DNA from: Candidatus Bathyarchaeia archaeon
GTDB lineage: Archaea; Thermoproteota; Bathyarchaeia; Bathyarchaeales; Bathycorpusculaceae
DNA: 64,000 nt
NCBI GenBank assembly: GCA_049516875.1
Contig: JBEKSS010000004.1
Coordinates: 1 to 64,000, forward strand
Direction of reading: 5' to 3'
Shown here: piece after piece, positions 19,948-30,500 of the stretch
How the letters are laid out: the number at the start of each line of letters is the position of its first letter
How positions within the stretch are numbered: position 1 is the stretch's first letter
Position numbers and translations under genes: made by a program
Notes under the pieces: model-generated
What the model was told of the DNA's origin: nothing
Databases searched by the model: none
What the model saw: the letters and a program-made list of their open reading frames with translations, nothing else

Positions 19948-20164
19948 CGAGTTTTCTCTCCGTGTATAACTCCTTTAGAGTCTCTTCAGCGTCAGTCAGG
20001 GGTTTGCAAGCCTCGTCGAGCAAGTGGGGTTTTCTTTCTTTTTCATTTATTATGAAACGAAGCGCCTCGTTAAGATCGACACGGCGTCCAAGTTTTATCT
20101 GAAGCTTAGAAGCTATTCTGAGCAGTTTCTGCTTTACATCGTCTGTAACGGATATAGTCGTCAT
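19895..20164 (-). CDS. vapB: VapB-type antitoxin
   Basis: MTTISVTDDVKQKLLRIASKLQIKLGRRVDLNEALRF; overlaps the PIN gene; true start is inside the 143 aa track ORF. Confidence 0.75.
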   Translation of the reverse strand: MTTISVTDDVKQKLLRIASKLQIKLGRRVDLNEALRFIINEKERKPHLLDEACKPLTDAEETLKELYTERKLDEERLERKTSPRHKRPD

Positions 20165-20387
20165 AACAACCATGTACGCTATTGTCATCAATGAATATAT
20201 GCATTTCGCTGACATGCATGGGTGATGGTAAAAAGAAGTCTTCTCATACCAGCAATGGAGGACTCTCATAATGCGCTGAATATGCAAACATAGGAGGAAA
20301 CGAAACAGGAGGATACGGAGTAACAAGACTTATCCAATCGTTTCACAAAGATAACGCAAAGATCAATTCTTATTATGGGGTAAAATC

Positions 20388-21641
20388 ATGTTCAAGTTTG
20401 CTCACTTTGCCGACTGTCATATAGGTGCGAACAGGGGACCTGTTCTGGAGAGGCTGGAGTTGGCAGCGTTCAGCAAAGGCATGGACGTTTGCATGCAGGA
20501 GAAAGTTGATTTTGTTTTGATTGCTGGAGACCTTTTTCACGCTAACCTTCCTGACATGCACGTTGTTAATGAAGCTGTAAAAAAGATGAAGGAAGTCAGG
20601 GACGCGGGCGTTCCAATCTATGTGATTTACGGAAGCCATGATTATAGCCCGAATGGCACGTCGATTATTGACATTCTTGACAGTTCTGGGCTGATTAAGA
20701 AGATTGTGAGGGGAGAGGATGTTGATGGCAAGCTTAGGCTGGGAGTGTTCACGGATCCGAAGACAGGGGCGAAGCTTGTTGGAATATCGGGTAGAAAGGC
20801 GGGGTTGGAACGGAACTATTTTGAAATGCTTGACAGGGAGTGTTTGGAGAAGGAGGAAGGGTTCAAGGTTTTCGCGTTTCACAGTGCAATTTCGGAGCTT
20901 AAGCCGGAGTTTCTGGCGCAGATGGAGTCGATTCCAGTGTCTCTGCTTCCGAAAGGCTTTGACTATTACGCGAGCGGGCACGTGCACCGGAGGGCTGAGT
21001 CAGGGTTTGCGGGGTATGAGAGAGTGGTTTTTCCAGGGGCGCTGTTCGGCGGGTATTCAAGAGACTTGGAAGACAGTGCCAAAGGGGAGAAGAGGGGTTT
21101 CTATCTGGTGAGTTTTGACGAAAAGGTGGAAGAAGTCAAGTTCATGGAAGTTTCGGTTTGCGATTTTGAATACTTTGAGTATGATGTTTCCGACAAGAAT
21201 TCAATACAGGCCAAAAAGGATCTGTTGGACAAGCTGAGCAAGATTAAGGCTGAGAACAAGGTTGCCGTTGTCAAGATAAAAGGAGCGCTCTCTGGAGGCA
21301 AGACTTCGGATATTAGCTCAAGCGAAATCAGGGATCTGCTGAAAGAGAATGGTGCGATGGACGTTATCATTAATCGTTATGGACTCACATCAAAAGATTA
21401 CGTGTCCGTCAGAGCCATGGGTGAGGATGTTCCTGCTATTGAAAACAGGCTCCTGAGAGAAAACATCGGAGCAGTCAAGGTTTCAATAGAGGAGTTGAAA
21501 GCGGACAAGGGTGCCAAGCTCGCGCAAGACCTGCTGAAGGTTCTGAGGCAGGAGCAGAAGCTGAACGAGACCAAGAAGGACTACGTGGAACGCATCCAAA
21601 AACATGCGTTGAACACGTTGGGCTTGGGAGATGAGGGCTGA
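20388..21641 (+). CDS. mre11: Mre11 nuclease
   Basis: ADCHIG, AGDLF, GSHD, GHVH phosphoesterase motifs; precedes rad50. Confidence 0.93.
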   Translation: MFKFAHFADCHIGANRGPVLERLELAAFSKGMDVCMQEKVDFVLIAGDLFHANLPDMHVVNEAVKKMKEVRDAGVPIYVIYGSHDYSPNGTSIIDILDSSGLIKKIVRGEDVDGKLRLGVFTDPKTGAKLVGISGRKAGLERNYFEMLDRECLEKEEGFKVFAFHSAISELKPEFLAQMESIPVSLLPKGFDYYASGHVHRRAESGFAGYERVVFPGALFGGYSRDLEDSAKGEKRGFYLVSFDEKVEEVKFMEVSVCDFEYFEYDVSDKNSIQAKKDLLDKLSKIKAENKVAVVKIKGALSGGKTSDISSSEIRDLLKENGAMDVIINRYGLTSKDYVSVRAMGEDVPAIENRLLRENIGAVKVSIEELKADKGAKLAQDLLKVLRQEQKLNETKKDYVERIQKHALNTLGLGDEG

Positions 21642-23665
21642 TGATTCTGAGGTCGTTGAAGCTTGAGAACATCAGAAGCTACACTGAGCAGACGGTCTCG
21701 TTTCCCTTGGGAACGACTCTTTTTGAGGGTGACATAGGTTCAGGAAAGTCAACTATTCTTATGGCGATAGAATTTGCGCTTTTTGGTCTGGGCTCGGAGA
21801 AGGGAGGAGCCTTGCTCAAGGCAGGGAAAAAGAAAGGCCTGGTAAGCCTGTGTTTCGAGGTTGAAGGGAAGGAGTATGAGGTGTGCCGAAGCTTGGAGAG
21901 GAAGGCCAAAGGCGTCCAACAGGCTGATTGCAGCCTCAAAACTGAGGGCGCAGTACTTCAGCTTTCGGCCTCGGAAATGAAAGAAAAAATCCTTGATATA
22001 CTGGCTTTCAACGAGCCAGCAGACCCCAAAGCGCAGAGCGTAATCTACAGGTACGCTATTTTCACGCCGCAAGAAGAGATGAAAGCAATCATCTGGATGA
22101 AAGCAGACTCTAGACTTCAGACGCTTCGAAAAGCATTCAGAATCGAGGACTATCGAATCGCGCTTGACAATTCCTCAACTCTGGCGAAGACGATTAGAGA
22201 AAAATCGATTAAACTAGCTGCACATGCTTCTGACCTTGAAAGCCGAAAAGAAAAATGCGACGGAACGAAGGCGGAGATCGAAAAATGCGAGGAAGAATTG
22301 GCAGGCCTCAGCGAGAACAAGGCGGGTCTTGACGAAAAAGCAGCCAAGCTGCGAGAGAAGTTGGATTCGTTGCGGAGAAGCAAGGACGCGCTCGGAAAAG
22401 CAGCAGGTGAAGTTCCCCTCTTGGAGAAGCAGATGAAAGAGAAGAATGGTGAGGTTGTCAAGCTTGAAGTTGAGATGGAAGAGTTTTCTGCGGATATGGG
22501 GAAGCTGCAGCCTGAAGCGGAGAAGCTGAGCAAGGTTCAGCAGCCTACGGCGAAAACTGAAGCTGAACTGAAAGAGGAATTGAAGAATGCTAGAGGGAAA
22601 GAGCGAGAACTTAGATTAGCGGAGAATGTTATAGGCGCGAAGATAAGTGACTATGAATCTGTGGAACAAAATCAAGTCTGTCCAACTTGCGACCGGCCTG
22701 CAGACCCGATGGAGTTTGAAGAGAAAATCAGGCTGAAAAGGGAGGAAAAGCGCAAAGCTTCAGAGGAGGTTACTGTTTGCGAAACCACAATCAAGGAAAT
22801 AGAAGCACTACAAGAATCACAACGCCAATACGAAGCTGCCCAGGTGAGGCTGCAGAATCTGAATGAGCGGATAGGGAGAAATAACGAGGGAATAGAGAAG
22901 GATCATAAAAAGGTTCAGGAACTGAAAGGACAGGTTGAAGAGGCCAACGAAAAGCTTGAGAAGGCGCAGCAACAGGCTGGGGAATTCAACAGGATCTCAG
23001 GCGAGACTGAGGGCGTCTCCAATGATTTGAACGAAGTCGAGTCGCAGCTCAAGGAGGTCGAGAGAAGGATTTCAAGAACTCAGACGACTCGTGAAATACT
23101 CACCAATCAAGTAGAGGATTTGGAAGAAGAAATTCGGAACAAGGAGAAGGAAAGGAAGGCTGCTGAGAGGCTGAAGGAATACCAGATGTGGCTTGAAGAG
23201 TTTTTGGCGCCTACCTTGGAAGCGATTGAAAAGTATGTTATGATGAACATAAACCAGGAGTTTAATCAGCATTTTCAAAAATGGTGGGGAATGCTCGTAG
23301 AGGATCCCAGCAAAGAATCCCGGATTGACGAGGATTTCACGCCATTAGTTGAGCAGGACGGCTATGAGCAGGACTACAACTATCTCAGCGGCGGAGAGAA
23401 AACTAGTCTGGCCCTTGCCTACAGACTCTCGCTCAACACCATCGTACAGAAAGTCTCGGCAGGAATAAAGTCTAACCTTTTGATCCTTGATGAACCCACG
23501 GATGGGTTTAGCAAAGAACAACTGTTCAAGATCAGGGAGATACTTGACGAACTCAAATGCCCACAAGTAGTCATGGTTTCGCATGAGAGAGAGCTGGAAA
23601 GCTTCGCAGACCAAGTCATGAGAGTCGAAAAGAAAGACGGCATCTCACAAATAAAACCAATCTAA
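21641..23665 (+). CDS. rad50: Rad50 ATPase (short coiled coil)
   Basis: GDIGSGKST, CPTC zinc hook, LSGGE, LILDEPT, SH. Confidence 0.93.
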   Translation: MILRSLKLENIRSYTEQTVSFPLGTTLFEGDIGSGKSTILMAIEFALFGLGSEKGGALLKAGKKKGLVSLCFEVEGKEYEVCRSLERKAKGVQQADCSLKTEGAVLQLSASEMKEKILDILAFNEPADPKAQSVIYRYAIFTPQEEMKAIIWMKADSRLQTLRKAFRIEDYRIALDNSSTLAKTIREKSIKLAAHASDLESRKEKCDGTKAEIEKCEEELAGLSENKAGLDEKAAKLREKLDSLRRSKDALGKAAGEVPLLEKQMKEKNGEVVKLEVEMEEFSADMGKLQPEAEKLSKVQQPTAKTEAELKEELKNARGKERELRLAENVIGAKISDYESVEQNQVCPTCDRPADPMEFEEKIRLKREEKRKASEEVTVCETTIKEIEALQESQRQYEAAQVRLQNLNERIGRNNEGIEKDHKKVQELKGQVEEANEKLEKAQQQAGEFNRISGETEGVSNDLNEVESQLKEVERRISRTQTTREILTNQVEDLEEEIRNKEKERKAAERLKEYQMWLEEFLAPTLEAIEKYVMMNINQEFNQHFQKWWGMLVEDPSKESRIDEDFTPLVEQDGYEQDYNYLSGGEKTSLALAYRLSLNTIVQKVSAGIKSNLLILDEPTDGFSKEQLFKIREILDELKCPQVVMVSHERELESFADQVMRVEKKDGISQIKPI

Positions 23666-23684
23666 AGAACACGCTGGTTTATTC

Positions 23685-23913
23685 CATTTTTCATCTGTTC
23701 TTTCGTTATTATGGTGTAGCCGTATTCTTCGTATCCCTGTCTTGTTCATTTTTAATGCATTACTGCCTTTATCTCATCTACGACTTTTTGAATTTCGGTA
23801 CTATCAATCGCTCCCTTGTGTTCTCTTGTGATCAAGACACATTTGTGACCTTTGGCATTTTTCATCTGTTCTTTCGTTATTATGGTGTAGCCGTATTTTT
23901 CGTATCCCTGTCT
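23685..23913. repeat. 58-bp direct repeat (23685-23742 and 23856-23913, one mismatch)
   Basis: CATTTTTCATCTGTTCTTTCGTTATTATGGTGTAGCCGTATT(C/T)TTCGTATCCCTGTCT; one copy is inside the helicase gene, one just past its stop. Confidence 0.9.
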
Positions 23914-26900
23914 CTTCCTTTCCCATTTTTCATCATAAGCCTTGTCCCCCCACATACCTAGATGCTCCCAGAACAAGACTGATTTGCCTTCATCACCGAG
24001 GAAGGTGAAGTCAGGTTTTACTGGAAATTCGGGGCAATCCAATATTTTTTCATATTCGTATGGGATTTTTGCTGCCAAGAGTAAGTTGGCAATTATGGCT
24101 TCGGATTTAGAAGTGACTAGTTCGATCTTGTCAAGACGGTTCGTTCGATGGATGTGGTTATCGATTAGTTGTTTGCAGATAGCTTCCGAGGAGGTTCTTA
24201 CATCATAATGGAAGAAGATTGAGGAATTTCTGTTCAGGATGGACGAGTTTGTTTTTGCGTGAAGAAGGTTGTATTTTGCGGAATTCTGGATTAAGAGTAC
24301 CAGTTTGTCAGTTTGACGGGTCAATGCGGTGTAGATAAGCTCTTTGCTAATCAGAGCGATTTTTTCAGGAATGATCAAGATTACGACGTTAAATTGGCTG
24401 CCTTGAACCTTATGAACAGTAAGCACATATGCAAGTTCTAAATTGCTCTTGGCAAAATTTGCATCTGCCTTTAGCAGCTTGTCTTCTTCGCCCTTGAACT
24501 CTAGTTGCAGGTATCGTTTACCATCCAAACCTGATTTGTACACTCTCGTTGTTCCGAGCTGTCCATTAGCAAGAAAGTCAAGAATGATTCCTCTTTGGTT
24601 ATTTTTGAAGTCCCATTCAAACCATTGTCTATAGCGATTCTTAGTCTGAATTATCTTGTCAAATTGGGTGAAGTCGTCGACTCTTCCAAACGGCGCCGCT
24701 TTCACTCTGGGAATAAAACTCCAAAGTGCTGAATGATACTTGTGTTGAAGGCGGTAGTTAAGACCTGTTGTACCAAAAAAGTCCTGTTTGTAGGGGGTTA
24801 TTATTTGAAAGAAATCTACTGAGTATCTATTCTCTGAGCCTTTGCCATATTTCTTGACTAGTTCAGCGCCGAACTTCTTCCTTAACTCTTCTCTTTGTGC
24901 TCCGACCAAGCGATTAAAGCAATCATAATTCCTCAGCGTTGGGTAGTCTTTGAATTCCTGTTGGGCGATGTGATCTATTTTTTCACATATGAGTTCTGGC
25001 AATGCCAGTTCGTCTTCCCAGTACGCGACTTCAAGATCGCCACTGTTGTAGCCGTTGAGAATTTCGAGAATCATCTCTTCCCAGAATGGGTCCTCCTCTT
25101 CAGTTGACCTAAATATATTTGCCAATTTGGCTGCTTGGCTGTCCGTCAGGATTTGTCTGCAGTTTATGTTGAGGTAACTTACAAAGCCTCTATCCTTGTA
25201 TTGTGAGTCGTTTTTCAGATATTGGATGATGTCAAAGAAGGGTTTTCCCAGACCTATAGGCGGTAGTTGGTTTACGTCTCCAGCAAGGATTAGCCGTTCG
25301 ATCTTTTCCCAATTGATTGCCTTGAAAAGTACCGATAGTTTTTCAAGATCAATCATCGAACTTTCGTCGATGATGATGTTCTTGAAGTTCAGCGGTTTCC
25401 CGTTCTCAAGATAGCTGCCTTCCAAGTGTGGGTTAACCCACTCATTCTTGTTTAGTATGTAATCGATTGTGAAGGCTCTTTTTCCAGCTTCTGATAGGCG
25501 TATCGCGGCTTTTCCAGTTGGGGCCAAGAAGAGGAAATCTTTCTCCATATCAGCTTTTTCAGTTTGACAGATTAGCTGGGTCAATTTTTCGAGTAAGGTC
25601 GTTTTGCCGGATCCAGCGATGCCCGTGATTACAGAAAATTTGTTTTGATAAGCGTTCTTCAGAGCCGCGATTTTCTCTTTTCTTACTCGTGTTAGTACCT
25701 CTTGTGGGAATTTTGAGTCGCTGGGTTTTTTCAGGAGCTTAACGAGATCAACTTTCCGAAGGCGTCGCTTTTGTTCGTGGATGAGTGTTCGGATCTTTGT
25801 CTCAATCATCTCTTCCATTTCATGAGTTTCTGTGCGGTATAGGTAGATCTGGTCTTCTACAGGTTTCCAAAAGAGTTTTCGTTCGTAGAATTCTTTCTCC
25901 GCCCTGAGGTCTCTGAGAGTGATACTGATCTTTTGTGTGAGATCATTGCTATTATCAAGTATTTGGAGTATTTCCTTAACGTTTAGAAAGCAGTCGCCGT
26001 TGCTCTCTCTGCTTTTGAGTATTTGAATGATTTTAGCTCGTACTCTTTTAGGGTCATTTGGGTCCATCTTCAGGCTTGGATCTATTCTCCAGTAGTCTTC
26101 AGCGGGAAAGAAGGCAGCGTCAATTCGATCGAAAGTTATAAAGTCATCTGGGTCTTCTCCTTGGTACTCTTCGCAGATTAGGTATGGATTCTTGACAAGT
26201 TCTTCAAAGGGCGATTCAATTCCTGCTATTCGTGCTCTGTCTTCGTGTAGTATTTTCTCGACCTGATTTTTCACGATTTCCTGTGTGCCATCTTCGCTTT
26301 CGAAGGTCATTCTCGGTCTCAAGTCTATTAGCGACAGGATATTCAGCATGAGATTTTTCTCTTCTTGTGAATAGCTGTTCTTCCAGTATTTGTTCGCTTT
26401 TTCGGCTGCTTGCGAGAATTCTTTTGGAGCCCTGCCTGTTTCCAGCATTTTGCGAACGTACTCTCTTATGTCGATGCCTTCCTTTTCTTTAGGCATCAGG
26501 ATCTCGTTGAAGAAAATTGATGCGTTGTCGAAATGTAAGCAATCAAGAATCGCCACTAGTCCAGGATACTTGCTTCTTTCCGTGTACGTAGAGGCAAGAA
26601 GTGAACCCAACCACTTTTCCTTGTAGGCCCAATCAATTTCTGGGCATATTCCATATTTCTTCTGGTAGGTTCTTAGCGCTCGTGTGATAGGTATCAGCTG
26701 TTGTATTATTGAAGCTGCTTCGATATCTGTGAGGTCTCTTGAAACGTATTTGAATTTTCTGACTATTTCTTTGCTGTTGTCGATTTCAAAGAGAACTGGG
26801 GCAAGAAGGTCCCCTACTTTTGGGTGGTTCTTTTGGTATTCAATTATTTCTTGGTAAGGTATTCTCAGCCCCTCGCCTTTAGGCGAATAGCTTTGTGTGA

Positions 26901-27561
26901 TTCTTCTGCTCCAGACAAGGTCCCCCCAAGATTGGTGGCTTTCTTTTTTCTGGAAAGCCCATCTTTGAGGATGGCCTATCTCCTTGAGTTTGCATACTCC
27001 AACTAGAACGTAGGTCTGCCTTTCGTTGTTCAGAGGGTTGTCCGTGTTCAAGTAGGTAAATACGAGGGACTTACCATTATCGAATTGCTTGTAATATTCG
27101 CGTGATAATTCTTCTCTTTGCTTGACATAGAATGGGGTATAAATATCGACATTTTCAAATCCTCTAAAACGGGTGGGATACATATCATCAAATTTCCATG
27201 TACCCATTGAGTATGGTGGCATTTTCTCGGGAAAATCTTGGACACCCTGATCACCAGCTTTCATGAATAACTGGGCGATATGGACAAAGTCAACTTCCGT
27301 GGGTGAAAACGCGTTAATCGACCATGTGCAACGTGGAGGTGACCATGCGAGGTTTGGAGGCGTGTCCAAATCTGCGCAGCGTTCGCCTGCATTGTCGGTT
27401 TCCCACTTTATGTATTTTGGGTCTTGTTTGTTATCTTTCAGAACAGTTATTGGAACAGATTTATCTGCATAGCAGTAGGTGTTTTTTGCTGGCTTGTTGC
27501 AAATGCATCCGTTCCAACCGTTGTCATGCCATAGAAGTCTTACAGAAAGGTGTTTTGTCAT
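23752..27561 (-). CDS. RecD-like SF1 helicase with N-terminal Cys/Trp domain and C-terminal PD-(D/E)xK-like nuclease
   Basis: GIAGSGKT, LAPTGKAA, IIDESSM, GDVNQLPPI, YVLTVHKVQGSQF, YTALTR; SKSE...PDF...WEHLG. Confidence 0.85.
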   Translation of the reverse strand: MTKHLSVRLLWHDNGWNGCICNKPAKNTYCYADKSVPITVLKDNKQDPKYIKWETDNAGERCADLDTPPNLAWSPPRCTWSINAFSPTEVDFVHIAQLFMKAGDQGVQDFPEKMPPYSMGTWKFDDMYPTRFRGFENVDIYTPFYVKQREELSREYYKQFDNGKSLVFTYLNTDNPLNNERQTYVLVGVCKLKEIGHPQRWAFQKKESHQSWGDLVWSRRITQSYSPKGEGLRIPYQEIIEYQKNHPKVGDLLAPVLFEIDNSKEIVRKFKYVSRDLTDIEAASIIQQLIPITRALRTYQKKYGICPEIDWAYKEKWLGSLLASTYTERSKYPGLVAILDCLHFDNASIFFNEILMPKEKEGIDIREYVRKMLETGRAPKEFSQAAEKANKYWKNSYSQEEKNLMLNILSLIDLRPRMTFESEDGTQEIVKNQVEKILHEDRARIAGIESPFEELVKNPYLICEEYQGEDPDDFITFDRIDAAFFPAEDYWRIDPSLKMDPNDPKRVRAKIIQILKSRESNGDCFLNVKEILQILDNSNDLTQKISITLRDLRAEKEFYERKLFWKPVEDQIYLYRTETHEMEEMIETKIRTLIHEQKRRLRKVDLVKLLKKPSDSKFPQEVLTRVRKEKIAALKNAYQNKFSVITGIAGSGKTTLLEKLTQLICQTEKADMEKDFLFLAPTGKAAIRLSEAGKRAFTIDYILNKNEWVNPHLEGSYLENGKPLNFKNIIIDESSMIDLEKLSVLFKAINWEKIERLILAGDVNQLPPIGLGKPFFDIIQYLKNDSQYKDRGFVSYLNINCRQILTDSQAAKLANIFRSTEEEDPFWEEMILEILNGYNSGDLEVAYWEDELALPELICEKIDHIAQQEFKDYPTLRNYDCFNRLVGAQREELRKKFGAELVKKYGKGSENRYSVDFFQIITPYKQDFFGTTGLNYRLQHKYHSALWSFIPRVKAAPFGRVDDFTQFDKIIQTKNRYRQWFEWDFKNNQRGIILDFLANGQLGTTRVYKSGLDGKRYLQLEFKGEEDKLLKADANFAKSNLELAYVLTVHKVQGSQFNVVILIIPEKIALISKELIYTALTRQTDKLVLLIQNSAKYNLLHAKTNSSILNRNSSIFFHYDVRTSSEAICKQLIDNHIHRTNRLDKIELVTSKSEAIIANLLLAAKIPYEYEKILDCPEFPVKPDFTFLGDEGKSVLFWEHLGMWGDKAYDEKWERKRQGYEKYGYTIITKEQMKNAKGHKCVLITREHKGAIDSTEIQKVVDEIKAVMH

Positions 27562-27580
27562 AGACTACATTCTCCAGCTC

Positions 27581-30500
27581 TTACCTCAATGCTTCACGGA
27601 GCTTTGCGATTCCTCCGTCCACATCTGAGTGATGAATGCTGTAGACTCTGTATCCGAGTGCTCTCAGCTTCTTTCTCTTTTCTTCATCGTCTCTTTTGAC
27701 GTAATCCTCGTCGTGGGTTGGGCCGTCGACGAACAGTGTGATTTTCTCTTTCTTGTAGTAGAAGTCTGGTTTTGCTATTCGCACGTCGCCATCATAGATG
27801 ATCTGCTGTCCTTTATCTGGTAGCGGAAGTCCTTCGTTTGCGATCCTTCTTAGAACGGTCCGTTCCAGTTCTGAATCGCACGTTTTCAACAATTCCTCCA
27901 ACTTGTCCTGTTGATTATTCGGTGTTTGACTGGTCACTTCTACCGTTTCCAGTTTCCTCAATATGGGTAGGGCAAGGTTTCTGTCTAGTCTTTCGTGTTC
28001 TCTCTGGTTGTAGTAGTTGAGCAAGCATTCGTAGCATGCTTTGCCACATCCTGCTTGCGGGTCTTTATCGTGCAGAAGTTCTGTGGCTTTGGTGACGACG
28101 GATCCGAGACCGCGTGCATCTGTCAGGGATTTGATTGCTCCTGTGCCTCCTTCAGCTGTTTCGTAGAGAACGATGTCGTATTTTGAGGGGTCCGTTTGTT
28201 CTTTGACGATGAAGCCGTCGACTTCGCTTTCCTCAAGGTTCAATGCTAGTTGTAGACCTTGCAGGATGCTTTCCTTGAGTGTAATGTAGTAATCTTCAAC
28301 TTTTGAGGGGTTGATGTCTTTAGGAGGGGATATTTTGATGGTGGCGACGTCGTGTGTTCCTACTGTGAATAGGATAATCCCGCGAATTATGTCGTCCTCT
28401 TTTGCGTTTTTGGGGCAGTGGGAAATAGATTCCTCGGTTGTGTGTTGTTCTATTCTGTCTTCGCCGAATAACCATCGGCTGCAGGCTGTGCAGAGTACGA
28501 ATCCAGCTTCTTGACCGTCTTCTTGGTTTTTCAAGGTTCCCTTGTTTATGTGTACAATCCGTCCATTGTGTTCATACTGAATTGTCAGCAAGAGATCGTC
28601 AGCGCCTTTGACCGTTGTTTCCTCAATTTTGTCTCCGACTTCATAGTGGGTTGACGTTTTGTAGCCAAGCCTCATCCGTTCTTCCTCATCACTTGTAATC
28701 CTAAATCTTCTTACCGCATACATGTCAGGCATTTGCATTGCGTTTGGGTTAGGGTGCTCGCTGGTGAGTGGTACTTTGCATTTTGGACATGCTGCCGTCG
28801 TTCGTGCTGCTTCTCCTCTGAGTACTGTTGAGCAGTTCGGGCAAATCAAGAGATGCTCTCTAACGGGCTTTTGCCCTTTTGTTTTTGGTCTGGCATAGGT
28901 GACCACGTACTTGTCGCCTTTGAAGTAGACAGTGTTGCCCGGCGCGAACTCTGAAAGGGCGATTACATTGTCTCTTAGTATTTCGTAGTCTGACTCGCTT
29001 AGTGAGAGAACGATGTTGCTGCTTGGAAATCCATAGTTTGGAAGGAAGCCTCTTGCAGCAAGGTATCTGTAAATGTAGAAGTCCTTCTCGCCTTTTCTCA
29101 TGTTTTCGAGTTTTTGAGATATGGCAGCCATTCTGTTCTGGTCTTGTATTGAAAACGTTTCTTTTCTCTGTTTGGCGCTCAGATCCTGATGTTCCTTGTA
29201 AAGGTTCGCGTATTCTTTTCTCCAATATTCCAAGGCAATTTCAAAGTCGTCTATGAAGGAGTCAATCACACGTTCAACGAAATCTTCAGTGAACCACGCA
29301 AGACTCTTAATTTCTTGAGCAAATGAGCGCTTTATGGACTCGAGAATTTCGGGTTTTGCTTCTGTGACTTTTTTTGATAGATCATTCTTGAAGTCTGGAA
29401 GCATAGGATAACTTGGCTCGTCGAGATTGAGAAACTTGCCTACGCCGCTTTCCAGCTTCATTTTCATAGTTTCAAGGATAAGTGAGTGTAGGTGCGTTGT
29501 CATTAGCTGCTTGTTGTCAAGCATGAACCGCGGGGAAGTGATTTTTCCTGAAACTATCTTGTCCGGGAATCTGTAGAAATATTGGTCATGCGGACCTCTT
29601 GACATGCCGCTGCCGCAGAACGTTGTTATGAGTGAAGGCTGATATTTTCTGCCTGCTCGCCCAGCTCTCTGAGCATAGTGGCTTGGGCTGGGCGGAACAT
29701 TTCTCATGTAGATGGCGGATAGTTCTCCTATGTCTATGCCCAGCTCCATAGTTGGGGTACATACAAGCACATTTAACGGATCGTTTGGAGTTCTGAATTT
29801 GGCTTCAATGTTTTTTCTTGTGTCGCCGTCGAGTTGTCCGCTATGTTCTTGCGCTTGTATGTTTACAGTGTCCTTGAAAGATTTCGAATATACCAGTCGG
29901 AAGTAGTTCTTTTCAAAATCTCGTTCTACAAGCGAACCACAATCTGATCCAGTACATAGGTCCAGAATACTTTGATGATGGACAATTCCACATTTCGGAC
30001 AGACCTTGTGCTTTGTCTTTGCAAGACTCTGCAATTGAATGTACTGTGAATCTACCATGTAGATCTGTCCAATTACCATGCCTTTGTAGCCTTTCACTTC
30101 ATGTTCCGTCAGAAGTGGGACAAGTTCTCTATCTGAAAGAATGTCGACTACACGATTAACAATTTCTTTGGCTGGGTCGTGGTCAATGCTTAAGGCTTTC
30201 TGTGTCCATACCATCAGTCTGCTTCTCGGGCTGGTTAGTCGTAGGACTCTGGCGTTTCTTCCTCCTTTCCTAGCTGTGTCTGAGTATCCGGTGACTGTTC
30301 CTGCGGCGGCAGCTCCAATGTCGAACTGGCATTCTTCGGTGAGCTTAGTTATTGCGTCTGTTTCGAATTCTCTATGTTTGATTATGTCCTTGTGATAGAT
30401 TGCAAGTTGTCGTCTGAAAATGTCAAGGAACCCTACGAGATAATCATGCCGTTCATCTACAGTCAACTTGGCTAGAGGTTTTGTGGCTTTCCAGATTTTT

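Noticed and set aside
23685-23913. Diversity-generating retroelement TR/VR pair
   Set aside because: Only one mismatch, the adenine is in the coding copy rather than the putative template, and no reverse transcriptase is present.
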